Origin: Planctomycetota bacterium
Lineage (GTDB): Bacteria; Planctomycetota; UBA8742; UBA2392
Direction: 5' to 3'
NCBI GenBank assembly: GCA_020638675.1
Contig: JACKID010000001.1
Span: 2,051,261-2,115,260, forward strand
DNA: 64,000 nucleotides
The translations under genes were made by a program, and so were the position numbers. This document shows, in pieces, positions 63,376 to 64,000 of this stretch. The notes beneath the pieces were generated by a model, which saw only the letters and a list, made by a program, of their open reading frames with translations, searched no databases and was not told the DNA's origin. Numbering within the stretch: position 1 is the first letter of the stretch; each line of letters opens with the position of its first letter.

Positions 63376-64000
63376 GGCTGCATTGTACCAGCTTCGCCGG
63401 AATCTGCTGAAGGTGGGGGAGGCTTGATTCCAAGGCCTTCCAGCACTTCGACCACTTCGTCCACGCTGATCAACTTCATCAGCACGCCGTCCTTGTCGTC
63501 TCGGCGATCGTAGCCGTCAGGCCACTTCGCCTTGTCAACCTGCAGCACGGCCACGCGCTCCTGACTCGGATACGGCCCCGTCCACGCAGGATCGTCCGGG
63601 CCGAAAAGCGCGATCGTCGGCACGTCCAGCGCCAGACCTGCCTGCATCAAGCCGGTGTCGCCCGACACGTGCGCCGCGCACAACTGCAGCAGCGCCGCGC
63701 TGCCCATGAACGGAAGTTTGCCTACCGCAAAGTGTGCGGGCATGTCGTGGTCGCAGCGTGCCTTCACCATCTCAGCCAGCAGGGCGTCGTCCGGGCCGCC
63801 GACGAACAGGCAGGTGTAGCCGCGCTCGCAAAGAATCCGCGCGAGCCCTACCCAGTGGCTCACCGGCCAGCGCTTGCTGGGCAGCGACCCACCCAGATTC
63901 ATGGCGACGGCCGTGCCCGACCGGATGCCCATGCCGTGAAGCAGCTCAGCAGCCTGGGCCCGGTCGCCGTCGTCGGGGTACAGCTCGGTGTGCCAGTGGG
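63372..64000 (-). CDS. Glycosyltransferase family 9 (heptosyltransferase-like), C-terminal part; N-terminus lies beyond the window end
   Basis: GT9 C-terminal domain motifs ([50 protein letters not shown]); the reading frame is open to the window edge. Overlaps the yeaH start by 4 nt. Confidence 0.65.

Overview
High-GC (roughly 65%) bacterial chromosomal segment. Gene content and style (many secreted or membrane-anchored hypothetical proteins, LRR protein, prenyltransferase-repeat protein, RAYT transposase) suggest a Planctomycetota-like genome; this is inference only. About 70 genes are called, almost all from recognisable protein motifs read in the ORF track. Core content: transketolase C-terminal subunit; yitJ-like metH/metF fusion, plsY and gpsA (consecutive genes on the minus strand); dprA and aroB; a near-complete histidine operon (hisZ-G-D-C-B-H-A-[hisA-like paralog]-F-hisIE) in which HisIE carries a C-terminal RelA/SpoT-type HD (alarmone hydrolase) domain; an RND efflux pair; tRNA-Val(TAC); two tandem glutathione peroxidases; coaD; sucC; a serine-palmitoyltransferase-like alpha-oxoamine synthase; crcB; rpsA; three tandem paralogous secreted proteins; c-type cytochromes; and a CoA-dependent catabolic cluster (aryl-CoA ligase, creatininase-like, SDR, RidA, MarR, enoyl-CoA hydratase, acyl-CoA dehydrogenase, 2Fe-2S ferredoxin, OYE reductase) interrupted by a REP-associated tyrosine transposase with flanking inverted repeats. 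Most unusual observations: (1) the HisI-HisE-HD tri-domain fusion plus an extra HisA-like paralog inside the his operon; (2) a tight four-gene minus-strand operon of unknown function encoding a two-TM 636-aa protein, an FHA-domain protein, a small acidic protein and a polyelectrolyte protein ending in a ribosomal L7/L12 C-terminal-like domain; (3) a 24-nt sequence, identical at synonymous positions, inserted in frame in three unrelated genes within 3.7 kb and encoding (P/H)ST(G/S)SGQA; (4) a low-GC islet encoding a membrane-anchored phage-tail-collar (MdpB-like) protein; (5) palindrome arrays in convergent intergenic regions. No CRISPR array and no rRNA were seen. All coordinates are derived from the supplied ORF track plus manual reading; start codons are best guesses.
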